A DNA stretch of 32,000 bases from Zygophlyctis sp. KS116. Taxonomy: Eukaryota > Fungi > Chytridiomycota. The position numbers were made by a program, and so were the translations under genes. Shown in pieces: positions 20,285 to 31,542 of this stretch. The DNA lies in assembly GCA_054661495.1 (NCBI GenBank), contig BAAFSQ010000093.1, forward strand, positions 1 through 32,000, given 5' to 3'. Position 1 is the stretch's first letter. The number at the start of each line of letters is the position of its first letter. The notes under the pieces were generated by a model. It worked only from the letters and a program-made list of their open reading frames with translations, made no database searches and was not told the DNA's origin.

Positions 20285-20719
20285 ATGCCAAATGATGCTC
20301 AGGGATTCATTTACTGTCCAAAGGGATGTCATGAGAATCGGTTAAGTACAGATTTGGCTCCTGAAATATTGTATTCAATTTATTTAATTCTTAGGCAAAT
20401 CGCAAAAGTCACAGAGACTGCAATTTACTATCTTCCATGCACAAATGCTTTAGAAATTCTGGGCGATAGTAATCATCAAGTCTTTAAAGCGTAAGAGTAG
20501 TGTTTGTCTAATATTAGACAAACTCTTTTAAATAATCTACTTTATGATCGCACTACCAATATAAATCGAGTAAAATCAAATCCCTGGCTAAAACCAGATA
20601 AGCCATTTGGATGGGGTGAAAGAAGGGATGGAGTTAAAGATAATATTAAATACAGGAAATCTATTCAAAAGATGAAATCAGAGGCCGTGATCTCTGCAAA
20701 GAGTTCAAAATGGATATGA
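20285..20719 (+). CDS. Small hypothetical protein
   Basis: ORFs 20285-20494 and 20504-20719 are joined in frame by a 27-nt GTAAGA...TAG intron. Confidence 0.55.
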
Positions 20720-20864
20720 TTTCAAGATTATAAATAGATTTAAAAAATATTTTACATGTATTATGTTCCTGAAAGATGGATTTACAATTTTTTATGGATA
20801 GTGAAAGGGAATCTGTTTTAATTGGTTTTAGTTTTATAAAGAAGTGCGATTCCCCGAAATTATC

Positions 20865-20937
20865 GCAGAATGAGCTCCGTTGGTAGAGCGTAGGTCTCAT
20901 AATCCTAAGGTCGTGAGTTCGATCCTCACATTCTGCA
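20865..20937 (+). tRNA. tRNA-Met(CAT), elongator type, with atypical G8/C14
   Basis: Acceptor GCAGAAT/ATTCTGC, D stem GCTC/GAGC, anticodon loop CT-CAT-AA, U31-U39, T arm GTGAG-TTCGATC-CTCAC, discriminator A; oligo-T run about 30 nt downstream. Confidence 0.92.
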
Positions 20938-20997
20938 TAGTAAAGTCACTGATACAATTTGCGACTATTTTTATTTTTCGTGAACGGAATACGCGAT

Positions 20998-21763
20998 TCA
21001 AAAACTTTTTTCTTCCCTTGACGACATGATTGAGATTAATTTCTGAATTTTATCTATAGAAACATCTGTATTCTTGTTTGGTTGTGTAGATTCTGGTTGA
21101 TCTAAAAAATTCGAAACGTAAAAATTTAACCAATTACTACACTCTTGAGGCATTCCATCCCTTGTTCTAGACATTTGCCAGCCTCTAATTCCCAGATATT
21201 GAACTTGTAATCTAAAATAAGAAGAAAAATCAGGGGCTAAAAAAGTCCATGTTCCATTTAGAAATAATTGTATATTGATTTCTGGTGATTGATCTATTTC
21301 TTTTGAATAGACAAGACAGACTTTACCAAAAGGTAAAATGTCCTGAATCTCAAACGCGTTGACAAAAAGATTCTTATCAGAGTCAATATCAGACAAGGGT
21401 ACAATATCATGTAGAGAATTTATAAAGATATTTCCAATTTTAACTGCATCGGTTAATTGTTCTCTTGTCCAACTTTTAGATTTTGGCTGGATGCCGAATG
21501 ATGAAGACACATACCAACAAACATTAATTCCTAAATCGTAAAAATAGTCAATTACCATCAGACACACTTAAAAAGTCTTTGAGATCTTGAGGAAGCTGAT
21601 TTAGATTTTGAGATTCCCAATTCCTAATCATGATTGGAATAGCTGGTGGATTAGAATTCGCTTCAATGCTAACTCCAGGACAATTTTCTAAATACTCCAA
21701 AGCTCCGCTTAATAGCAACTCATTGAGTAGAGACTTTGTAATCCGAGCTCTTGTAGGCTCCAT
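20998..21763 (-). CDS. TPGS2: Tubulin polyglutamylase complex subunit 2 (SMI1/KNR4-like fold)
   Basis: LEYLENCPGV, IRNWE...LPQDLKDFL..SDG, WTFLAPDFSSYFRL...LGIRGWQ; intron 21531-21555. Confidence 0.8.
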
Positions 21764-21800
21764 ACACCTGACCCACAAAACCAAAAAAAACTCACGACGG

Positions 21801-22459
21801 ATGACGACATTGATCGCTCCCGGAACTTCTTCAATTCCACCGAGTTGCACAATCTATGTAAGAGGTCTAAATGAAAAAATTCCAAAAAAGCAATTAAAGC
21901 ATATACTATATTGTCTCTTTTCTTGTTTTGGACAAGTTTTTGATATTGTGGCACTTAAAACGTTGAAGATGAGAGGTCAAGCATTTATAGTCTATGGATC
22001 TATAGAGGAAGCTACAAACGCTCTCAGAAACTGTCAAGGAATGCAATTCTTGGGTAAACCAATGACTATACAATACGCAATGGGAAGATCAAATATTTTA
22101 AATGTAATTCAAGGAACATACCGTCCTTCTGTAAAATCAACATTAAAGAGAGCAGGAGAAGAACTCAATGGAACGGATAAAAAGAGTAAAGAACAAGGTA
22201 AATTTTGAGTTTTTTAAATTTAGAAAAATCACATATACTTTTCATATCTGGTGTAGGAGAATCAGTTGATGATGTTCAGTTAGAATCTCTTTTCCAAGAA
22301 CATGATGGGTTTAAAGAAGTTAGAAGAGTTCCTGGAAAGCCAGAATTGGCTTTTGTAGAGTATGATTCTGTAAAAAATGCCGAAATCGCTAAAGATGTAC
22401 TCGATGGATTCGAAATTACAAGCGGGAATAATATTAAAATTGAATTTTCAAAAAACTAA
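21801..22459 (+). CDS. U1A/U2B''-family two-RRM snRNP protein
   Basis: TIYVRGLNEKI, DIVALKTLKMRGQAFI, second RRM FKEVRRVPGKPELAFVEY; intron 22198-22223. Confidence 0.92.
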
Positions 22460-22464
22460 TAAAT

Positions 22465-23265
22465 CTAGAAATAATCTTCAATGCCAAGACCACTTTTTGA
22501 AAAACGACTATTTAGTAATTGGATTGGCTCTAGAATTCCTTCTCCGATTCCCAATGGTGTACCAGGTTGCCATCCCATCTTGACTAGCATTTGATATCCA
22601 ACACATGATATTGGGTCAAATTCAATTGATTGGCTTTTCTTACCCAAATACTCTCTCCAAAAATTATTAACATATTCAAATATTTGAATATCAAGATGAT
22701 TACGCCATCTATTTGGTATATATGTGTTTGATAGGCGTATAATTAAGAGATATTCTTCCTGATTACTTCCCCTAGATTGAACATTTAGACAATAGAAATT
22801 AGATTGCTGTCTAATGAAATTAAATAGTCTTTTTGGAATCTGATCAAAAATAATTGTATCAGGCTTCATTATATCTTTAATAAACTTTCGAAGCTTGTAA
22901 TCTTGTGTATAAAGAAAAGACTTTATGTCTTGAACAACTCTAGAATTCCAAAACTTGCCATGTCTTTCACGATCAGGCAAATGCACAAATGATTCCATTG
23001 CAGCATATAATCTCTTAATAATCTCAAATCCATCCATGTCTATATCAGTCTCTATGAATTCCATTTCTTCCTCTGATGATGAGTTTGTCTCCTCATGAGT
23101 ACTTTGAGCATGAGCAAAATAATTACTATTACAATCTTGATGGCCTGGTACAGAATTACAAGATCTGATAGAAATGATCGAATCGGAAGAGTCTGAATCA
23201 ATGCAGATTACTGATGCATCTGATAAGATTTCAGTCAGAGGAATGTCTGAATGCAAAAAGGCCAT
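22465..23265 (-). CDS. Degenerate R3H-like + G-patch protein (divergent Sqs1-like paralog)
   Basis: C-terminal VGYQMLVKMGWQPGTPLG...GILEPI...GLG; aligns by eye with the neighbouring gene. Confidence 0.75.
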   Translation of the reverse strand: MAFLHSDIPLTEILSDASVICIDSDSSDSIISIRSCNSVPGHQDCNSNYFAHAQSTHEETNSSSEEEMEFIETDIDMDGFEIIKRLYAAMESFVHLPDRERHGKFWNSRVVQDIKSFLYTQDYKLRKFIKDIMKPDTIIFDQIPKRLFNFIRQQSNFYCLNVQSRGSNQEEYLLIIRLSNTYIPNRWRNHLDIQIFEYVNNFWREYLGKKSQSIEFDPISCVGYQMLVKMGWQPGTPLGIGEGILEPIQLLNSRFSKSGLGIEDYF

Positions 23266-23338
23266 CTAAAGATTCTAAAATTTTATAAAACTATTTTTAT
23301 AAACAAGGAAATAATTTATAAGAATCTAAATCCTTTCA

Positions 23339-24251
23339 TCATTCTGCTCCAAGACCACCACGTTTAGATCTTACAATGGCTGTAATCGGTTCGACAATTC
23401 CAGATCCATCACCCAAACTTTCACCCTGCTTCCAACCCATTTTTAAGAGCATTGCATGTCCTATACTAGTTTCAGAATTCAACGGAGCAGCAGAACCTCC
23501 AACAACATCTCCCATTTTAGGTACATGTTCTTGATTAGCATAACCAGCCTTCTTTTTTTGAACTTTTGGCGTTCCATACCAGAATTTATGAATATTCAAA
23601 TTAATTCCTAGTTTACCTTTTGTAAGTTCATCAACTATTTTCCCTGAATTCTCTGGAATCCTAGATCCAGAATTTTTAATTATAACAAATACTTTATTCT
23701 TTGCACGACCTCTAGTGTTTGCAGTAAGATTATACTTTCTTGCAATATCATTTACAAAGTCTCTAATTGCAGATGGCATTTTCCCTAAAACCATTGAATC
23801 TTGATCAGAATTAAAAAAGTCCAAGATTTTGCGATTTTCTTGTCGTCTATACTATTATTATCAGGTAATCATACAAATATTCAATCACTCCCTTGTCTAA
23901 AAATCCTTTAGATTTTTTCAAAATCTTTGCCAGTTCTAGTGCATCATCATGTACATTTAATGAATCCTCTATTGCAATTTCTTTCCGTAAACGCTTTGCT
24001 TCTCTCTTTGCCTTTTTGATTTGAGATTTTGAAGTTTTTGACTCTATTTCTTTGAGAGAGATTATACTCTCTGCCTCACTTGAACTACTATCAAAACTTG
24101 GATTTTCATCAAGAGAAAGTGCCACAAATCTATTCAGATCTTGTTTATATTCCTCATCAATATTATCAATGTAATCCTGATAAATATCATTTTGTTTTTG
24201 TTTCCTTGAGTTGGATTTCCCAAGATTCAAAGAAATATAATCCTTGTCCAT
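23339..24251 (-). CDS. R3H-like + G-patch protein, Sqs1/Pfa1-like
   Basis: MPSAIRDFVNDIARKYNL...RG (R3H-like); VVGGSAAPL...IGHAMLLKMGWKQGESLG...GIVEPI...GGLG; intron 23847-23874. Confidence 0.8.
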
Positions 24252-24301
24252 GTAATATCTGCAGCTAGGATAACAAAAAAAAGACTTGATAAAATAGACC
24301 T

Positions 24302-24847
24302 TTATTCTACGACTGCATTATTTTTCTCTGAATATCTAGCCTTCATATCTTCCCATCTTCTTTCAAATGGATCTTGCCTCTCTCCTTTAAATTTCCATAG
24401 AGACCTTTCTTCATCTTCATGTTCTATAATTGATTTTCTTGAATGTTTCTCTACTTCTAAAAACATTTTTTCAAATGTTGCTAAACCAATTCCCCATCCA
24501 ATAGCACCCCAAGCAGTTTTAGCAAAATTCCTTTTTAAAAGTCCCTTTACAATTCCAATAGAGACTCCTCCGGCCATTGTATTAAAGGGATCATCGGTTT
24601 GACGGAATCTAGCAAAAGAAGTCCTTACTGTCCAAAATAAACCAAGTATTCCACCTGCAGTTAAAGAGGCGCTTGGAACAAGAGCAAGAGAAGACTTTAC
24701 AGGTAAACCAAGCCAAAATCCACGGCCTAATGAGACTATTGCTCCTCCTAATAGTCCAGCTCCAATACCCTTTGTACCTTCAGTCAGGGGGGATGCATAT
24801 ATTGCGGCTTCTCCAATGGCAAATAAATCTGTGTTTTCCGAACCCAT
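24302..24847 (-). CDS. Tim17/22/23-family membrane protein, probably complex I subunit NDUFA11 (B14.7)
   Basis: Gly-rich TM helices and RQTDDPFNTMAGG motif. Confidence 0.7.
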   Translation of the reverse strand: MGSENTDLFAIGEAAIYASPLTEGTKGIGAGLLGGAIVSLGRGFWLGLPVKSSLALVPSASLTAGGILGLFWTVRTSFARFRQTDDPFNTMAGGVSIGIVKGLLKRNFAKTAWGAIGWGIGLATFEKMFLEVEKHSRKSIIEHEDEERSLWKFKGERQDPFERRWEDMKARYSEKNNAVVE

Positions 24848-25003
24848 GAAAAAATAAGCTTTTGTGATCGCGAATTCCCACCACAGCCCAGTCTCTCTTT
24901 CTCAATGAGACTCCAATACAAAATAAATTCAACTTTATGATTTAATGGCGGCTTTTGATTTTATTGAAATTTAATCAAAAAAAGTCACAGACTAATGATC
25001 GGT

Positions 25004-25942
25004 CTAATAGAACGATCCAGAAAATTCCTTGTCTGTTGAACCTCTTATAGTTGCATTGTTCCATAAGCCTATAGAATATGAATTTATAAAGGCATCATTC
25101 ACCAGCTTTTGAATGGAATTTTGTGAGTCCACAAATGTTGGACCATTTCTAGTCAAAGTATTGGCCGCTGCGAGACAAGAAGCACTGTTGGCTGTGGGAA
25201 GCCAAGAAGCACAGTAGTTATGATAATTTTTCCAGTTGATATTGAATTTGATTATATGCTTTTTGACAGCAGACTTGCAAATAGTAGCATCAAAATAGCA
25301 AAAATATGCGACCATATTCACGCAAGCTTGCGTTGGATTTAGATTATCATCCATAACACACTGAAAAGATGAATCTTGGTATCTAACTCTAAATACCTGT
25401 GCTCTCTTTAACAATGAAGAGACACTACCAGCAAGAAGATATTTTGGATTGGAAATAGGTGGCCATAATGTAGAAAATGCAAATTTAGCGTTTACTCCAT
25501 ATATATCCCAGAAAAAGTTTATCATAGTGCCTGCAATATCATCTGTAATAGGTGTCTTTTCAGCAGGACTATTGATATAGCCCTTCCTCTTTAGATTCAA
25601 AATACTACTATTGCAGGCAGTAGAGTACTTTTCAGTCACTTGAATTCCTGTAGTAGAAGATACTCTACCGGGGAAGCAATTGTCTCCAAAAGATCTCCAA
25701 GGACTTGTTGCGCTAAAGGAATCAAAGACTGTGTTAGTGAAGGCCGTACATTTGGGACCATTTCCACCGGTAGTAGTACTGCAAAAGTAGGAAACTTTAT
25801 TAAGGCAATCTATATAGGGATTCCCCATTGAATCAACATTGCAAGTAAATGTAAGAGCATTTCTGGTAAAGCGGAATACCTGTGCGGAATAACCCATGGG
25901 AATGATTGAAGCCCAGATAGCCAAAGCAAGATTGTGTTTCAT
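25004..25942 (-). CDS. Secreted protein with two tandem 6-Cys domains separated by a Kex2 (KR) site
   Basis: Signal peptide; both domains start AQVFR and share C-x11-C-x7-C and W-x6-C; LLKR precedes domain 2 (KR at 25403-25408). Confidence 0.8.
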   Translation of the reverse strand: MKHNLALAIWASIIPMGYSAQVFRFTRNALTFTCNVDSMGNPYIDCLNKVSYFCSTTTGGNGPKCTAFTNTVFDSFSATSPWRSFGDNCFPGRVSSTTGIQVTEKYSTACNSSILNLKRKGYINSPAEKTPITDDIAGTMINFFWDIYGVNAKFAFSTLWPPISNPKYLLAGSVSSLLKRAQVFRVRYQDSSFQCVMDDNLNPTQACVNMVAYFCYFDATICKSAVKKHIIKFNINWKNYHNYCASWLPTANSASCLAAANTLTRNGPTFVDSQNSIQKLVNDAFINSYSIGLWNNATIRGSTDKEFSGSFY

Positions 25943-26178
25943 TTTAATTTATAAGTGTAGATAAAGATCAAAGTAGTTTATTTTATAAGAGAACGGTTGA
26001 CGTTGACACATTGTCTGGCGGTGACGTTGATTTATATTAGCTGTTTCAAATACATCTCTCCAACTTCAAATATCGTAGAAAGGCTCTTCAGTTGTGTTTT
26101 AACTGATAACCCAAAATTAATACTCCATATTCAATTGATTGTGTGATGTTTTTGAAGTTTATCAGGAACCTAAAGGAT

Positions 26179-26281
26179 CAGAAATGGATCAATAAATAAT
26201 TAATGATGTCATTGTGGCACCACCTCTCCTTTTTTGATTAGTAAGCAGATTGCATCATCAGTCAATTGAGTCCAAAGTCTT
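26179..26281. repeat. Second copy of the ~104-bp non-coding block (see 520-623)
   Basis: Direct sequence comparison. Confidence 0.9.
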
Positions 26282-26352
26282 CCGTTGGATCATTGCCGTT
26301 TGTAGGTGCCTCAGTCGTTAAGTAGGTGCCACTGTAGGTGTCATCAGGAGCA

Positions 26353-27898
26353 AATGCAACAACTCAAAGTAAATTTCAAACAATTGTACAGAAACTGTAT
26401 ATTAAACGATTGGATTTTAGTCATCCCGATTGAAACGCACAATGATCCGGACTGGTGGAAATCTCATATATTAACAAATGCCTTTTCTAGACATGAATTT
26501 CTAAATTTAAATTCTGAAAAAGTTTTAGTTGGAAATGGGGAAATTTACCGGGGGTTATTTATATCTATCAAATTGATGATTTATTGGAAATTTTCATTTC
26601 CACGGGTACTGCATAAATTTAAAAATTTGATTGCTTTTCATCTTTCCAAGAGATCAAAGCATGGAGGTGGAACGGAACAAAAAAAATTCTCGCGTATTGA
26701 GATGCCGGACAAGACTTGTAAATCATTAGCTCAAAATACCCCTAAATGGAGAGTAGTTAAACCAATTCCGCCTCTAATGATCCCGAATAGAATTATGCAG
26801 GAATCTAATCAGGCGAATAGATCAAAAACAATCATTAAAGTTCCAAAATATTTGAGTGAAAGTTCTGATAAAGACTCTTATAAAATACTGCTGTTAATCA
26901 GGGAATTGGCGTTATCTCAAGAAAGAGAAGAAAATTTAAATGATTTAATTTCCAGAGAAAAAGAAGAGCATAAAAAGGTAGAATTGGATTTCTCGCGTAC
27001 ACGGCAAGAGTTGGACGATTTACATAAAAAGCAACAATCATTACATCATCAATTAAGAGAATCATCTAAAATCATTTCACACTATGAACAGGAAATATCA
27101 GTACTAAGGAATAAACCGTGTATTGCTAAAAGTTCAATTGGAGTTGGAACAGATTTTATTATTTCTGAAATCTCAAAAGTCAACAATTCGAGCTTCAAAT
27201 CTAATACAAAACAAGTAAATCCTGCTGATCTCGAGTATTTTCTGAAATTATGCCGTCAAAATGAAATGAGTATTTCATACATGGTTGAGCCAAGTGAAAA
27301 ATTAGATACAGCATCATCAATTTCTGAATCGATAAGTTCATTTGCTGATCAAAAAATACAAATTCTTAATGATTCTCACTTGGAGAATATTGTCGCAGAA
27401 ACGAATCAGTCTAAATCTTTTAAAAAAATTCATATGGGAATACAGACAGAAAAACAGAGTGATTGTTCAAAAGAAATTAAGGTAGATCCTACGCCAGAAG
27501 ACTTGAAGTTTATTATGAATGCATACTCTGAAAATAGATCTGCTACATCAAAAAAGGAACCAATTCATGAAAATACAGTTTCCTTCAAAGATCGGATAAG
27601 GATTTTCAGTAAAAATCCATGCTTCAAAACTTCACCAAAAAATTCAATTTGTACATGTGTTAAAAAATCAGAAATCTCTAAAAGCTCTACTGAATCTTCT
27701 CAATCAAATAATGATTTATATTTATTACAAGATGAAACATCTATGCTATTACCATTACCGGATCTACTCGCAGAATTAGAATCAAGTTATAAGTCTATAG
27801 AAATAATGGAAATAGAACAAGATAAAATCTTTGTTCAGGAGGATATGTGCGAAAAGAATGATGATTTGAGTAATTTGATTCAAATTTTGAATTTTTAA
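26353..27898 (+). CDS. Hypothetical coiled-coil protein
   Basis: Long ORF with first ATG at 26353; central heptad-rich region; Ser/Glu-rich C-terminus. In-frame micro-introns are possible. Confidence 0.6.
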
Positions 27899-27940
27899 CT
27901 TTGAAAAAATTCGCGTTTTATAACTTCTCTCTGCTCCAGT

Positions 27941-29624
27941 ATGCATAATCATAGGTTTTATATGGATAAAAAGATTCGAGAGCCTATTGAACCATTTGAG
28001 TTCTGGACTATTCTGGCTGCATGCGGGTTCCTTGTTATCCTAGGTGGGATATTTGCTGGTAAACCAAATATAATCTCAATGGCTAGGTCTGACTATCGGA
28101 CTGATGAGTTTGGATGCTACGAATCTACAGATATTAAGGGCCTCAGGGACCAACCTTGAAAAGATTTATGCAGCACGCATTGAACCAATAAGAAAATCAA
28201 CTCATCTATTACTTGTGACCCTTTTGCTAGGAAATACTATAGTTAATGAAACATTGCCTGTTCTCTTTCACATCATACATTTAGATGGTTATCAGGCTGT
28301 ACTCATTTCTACTGCTCTTATTGTGGTTTTTGGAGAAATTATTCCTCAGGCAGGTAAGTTTAGGCTTTGATTCAGATTATAGTTTGTGTCCGATATGGTT
28401 TAGCAATTGGTGCATTTTTCGCTTGGCCATTAAGGATTATGATGTGGATTTTATATCCAATCGTGTATCCAACTGCAAAGTTGTTGGATTGGTTTTTAGG
28501 GCATGAGCATGGAATTATTTATAAGAGGGCTGAACTAAAGGAATTAGTTAATGTAAGATTTGTAGTATTTACATGAATTAGTTACATGGAGAAGGGCCGT
28601 CTGGTACTTTAAATAAGGATGAGGTCTCTATCGTAAAGGCTGTGTTAGAGTTGAGAGATAAGACTGCTGAGCACACCATGACAAAAATAGATGATGTTTT
28701 CATGCTTCCATTATCTGGAACTTTAAATCGGGAAATGTTTCAGATGGTAGCATATATTTTTTTAATTTTATAGATCATGCAGAAGGGACACTCAAGAGTT
28801 CCTATATATCATCAATCTCGTCAAAATGTTATTGGTGTTGTATTAGTTAAATCCTTAGGTAACAATGAACCTTTTAATAGTAGTAATTTATGAAATGAAT
28901 AAGAATGTTCCATTATCAAATATTCAAATTAGAAGACTTCCAAGGGTCGAAAAGAATACCCCGCTTTTTGAATTGCTTCATGTTTTTCAGTCTGGTGGCT
29001 CTCATATGGCATTAGTTGTAGACCCTGTAACTATTGATGAACCAACCTTCCCGGAATTATTGGTGCATGACTCGCCGCTTTGGGTTCCTGCCAAATATCC
29101 TGATTCAAAAATACGATATAGGATTCTTGGCATTATCACTTTAGAGGATGTCATTGAGGAACTGCTTGGTGAAGAGGTGATTTCTATCATATTTAAAAGT
29201 CTAGATTATCGATGAAACGGATGTATACGTAGATATGAATTCTAAAGTGGAAGTTTTCAGAAGCGATGACTTTAGGCCTTCTTCTCTAATTAACATTATT
29301 CCTCAAATACATTCAGAATCTAAGAAGCCAAATACATCCGAAGCCCCGGATGAATCAACGCACCTTCTGCAGGAAAATGCAGAAGACAAAACGCCAACAT
29401 TCAGGACTTCTTCTAAATTTAAAAAGGACAAAGAAATGATTCCTGCCTCCAAATTAGCGTCAGATGCTACATTAAGAGAAAAGGTTTTAAGGCCTGCTCA
29501 TATCTTTTCACACTTTCCTCGAGAATCTATTGAAGAGAACAGTAGCGATCCAGATATTAGCTGGTCATTAGACGATGGATCTCTTTCTACAAAGGAGCCA
29601 TCGTCTCCACAAATAAATCAATAA
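27941..29624 (+). CDS. MAM3: CNNM/DUF21-CBS metal homeostasis protein (Mam3-like)
   Basis: FAGLTIGLMSLD, HLLLVTLLLGNTIVNETLP, FGEIIPQ, GHSRVPIY, GGSHMALV, GIITLEDVIEELLGEE; several short introns. Confidence 0.92.
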
Positions 29625-29633
29625 ATTTTTAAA

Positions 29634-30633
29634 TCATTCGTTAATATTAAGTTTCCAGATTCTAACTAGAGAATCATCTCCACCAGTTGCCAATAAGAAT
29701 CCATCAGTATCCAAAGGACACCATTGCAAAGAATTAATTTCATTTCCGCCTTCTGGCAGACTAACAGAGCATAATTCTACTAGTTTATTCTCTTCTTCTT
29801 TTAATATCTTGATGACACTATCTCCTCCACTGGTTGCAATATATTCATGATTTTTAGACCAAGAAACTGAATAAATTGGACGTGAGTGATGATTTTCAAT
29901 TACATGAGATTGTATCCATTTCCCATCTTCCAATACCCATAGCCTTATACTCCTATCATCTGAAACAGACACCAGCTTGTCCCCTTTTTGATTGAAATCT
30001 ATTGACCAAACTGTAGAAATATGTCCAGTTAGTGTATCTGAACAAAACCAATCATCATCATCATCTCTCCAAATTTTAATAGTATCATCCTTTAGTTAAT
30101 ATTATAACAAGGTACGTATGATGCCGAAGCCAATAAATCTTGATTTGGATGCCAAATGACAACTTTAACATCTTGAGTATGTTCTTGTAATACACTTAGA
30201 CATTCAAAATCCGAATCATCCACCAATTCCCAAATCCATACACTCTTATCTCTTCCACAAGTAGCTAATAATGATCCGGAAGCAGACCATGCAACTGATT
30301 TAACTTCATTCTCATGCCCCTCTAGCGAAGCTAAACATTCCGGATCATCACTGGTAATATCCCAAATTAATGTTTGACCGTCAAAACTACCTGATGCAAG
30401 CCACTTTCCGTTTGGAGCATATGCTAATGATCTAATTGTTCTAGTATGTGCATTGTCTATTAAAGTTTTTGATTCCCAATTTTTATCAAAAATTCTAATT
30501 GATTTATCAGAAGATGCAGTGGCTAATGATCTTACAATCGGAGACCATGATACTGCCCATACAGTTTCCGCATGTCCTAAAAATGAATATAAACAAGAGT
30601 ACCTGATAAAGTAGCAACAATCTCCAAGTGCAT
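29634..30633 (-). CDS. CIA1: Cytosolic Fe-S assembly WD40 protein
   Basis: HTRTIRSLAY, LEGHENEVKSVAWS, RDKSVWIWE, EHTQDVKVVIWHP, SASYDDTIK; introns 30577-30602 and 30090-30115. Confidence 0.93.
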
Positions 30634-30683
30634 TTGATTAGAACGTAAGCCCTAATTCAATCATTGCTTCAACTTCTTGACGA

Positions 30684-31542
30684 ATGCGACTAGAGCTAAG
30701 AGATTCATTTCTATTTTATCAAATCTATGATGGTCCTTCCAACATCCCATGCTTGATCTTAAACGGAACGTAAGTAAATCTCTATTTAACTAAAGTGCAA
30801 ATGTAACTGATGACTTTGATCAGATCGCTAAAGAGATCTCAAGAGATAGAAGCGTTTGTATATTTGACTATAGGGGGATGGGTAAATCAGGGCCTGAAAC
30901 TCGAGATATTACTTTAATTCAGACTGCAACTGATGCATTTGAGCTTTTAGAGCATTTGGGATGGAAAAAATTCTATTTGATTGGCCATTCATTTGGTGGT
31001 ATAGTTGCGTTGGAGTTGATACTTCTTCTAAGAGGAAGGAATGATTTTGATTGTTGTGGGCTTGTTCTCTTGTCTACTTCTGCAAAGATTTCAGCTCATG
31101 GTTCCTTGAGTTCTATAATTTTCGATAATCTCAGAATCCACTCTATAGGAGTGAATGAGAAATCATATAGCGATATGGATAAGGATTCTAGGATAGCTCT
31201 CTCAAAAGGAATTGTAAAGGCATGTGCACCAGACATTACCACTAGGCATTTTGATCGAGATATTCAAATTATTGAACAGCAAATTTATTTGCAAGATGCG
31301 TTAGAAATAGTTCAAATGCTTCATCTCGTATCGGAAATTAATGTATTAAGTATTATTGGGCTAAAAGATACGGTTAGTGATCCTTTTTATTTTGAACGTA
31401 AGTGCAAAAGTATTTTTAACATTTAGCCATCTTTCAAGAATTTTCAAATATAAAAATATATAGATTAGAGGAGGCATCATTTTGGACATGGTCAAATTGT
31501 TTTCAAGAAACTGTTAATCCAATCAAAATGTTTTTCACTTAA
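30684..31542 (+). CDS. Alpha/beta hydrolase fold protein
   Basis: FDYRGMGKS, GHSFGG nucleophile elbow, IIGLKD; two GTAAGT micro-introns; the expected C-terminal His appears to be replaced. Confidence 0.8.

Noticed and set aside
21630-21954. Long overlapping N-terminal extensions of the U1A/U2B'' and TPGS2 ORFs
   Set aside because: Homology begins at ATG 21801 and ATG 21763; the extensions are antisense shadows of each other.
26175-26281. Duplicated block as a box C/D snoRNA (minus strand TGATGA...CTGA)
   Set aside because: The D box is absent in the 520-623 copy, there is no clear terminal stem, and I recognise no rRNA guide.
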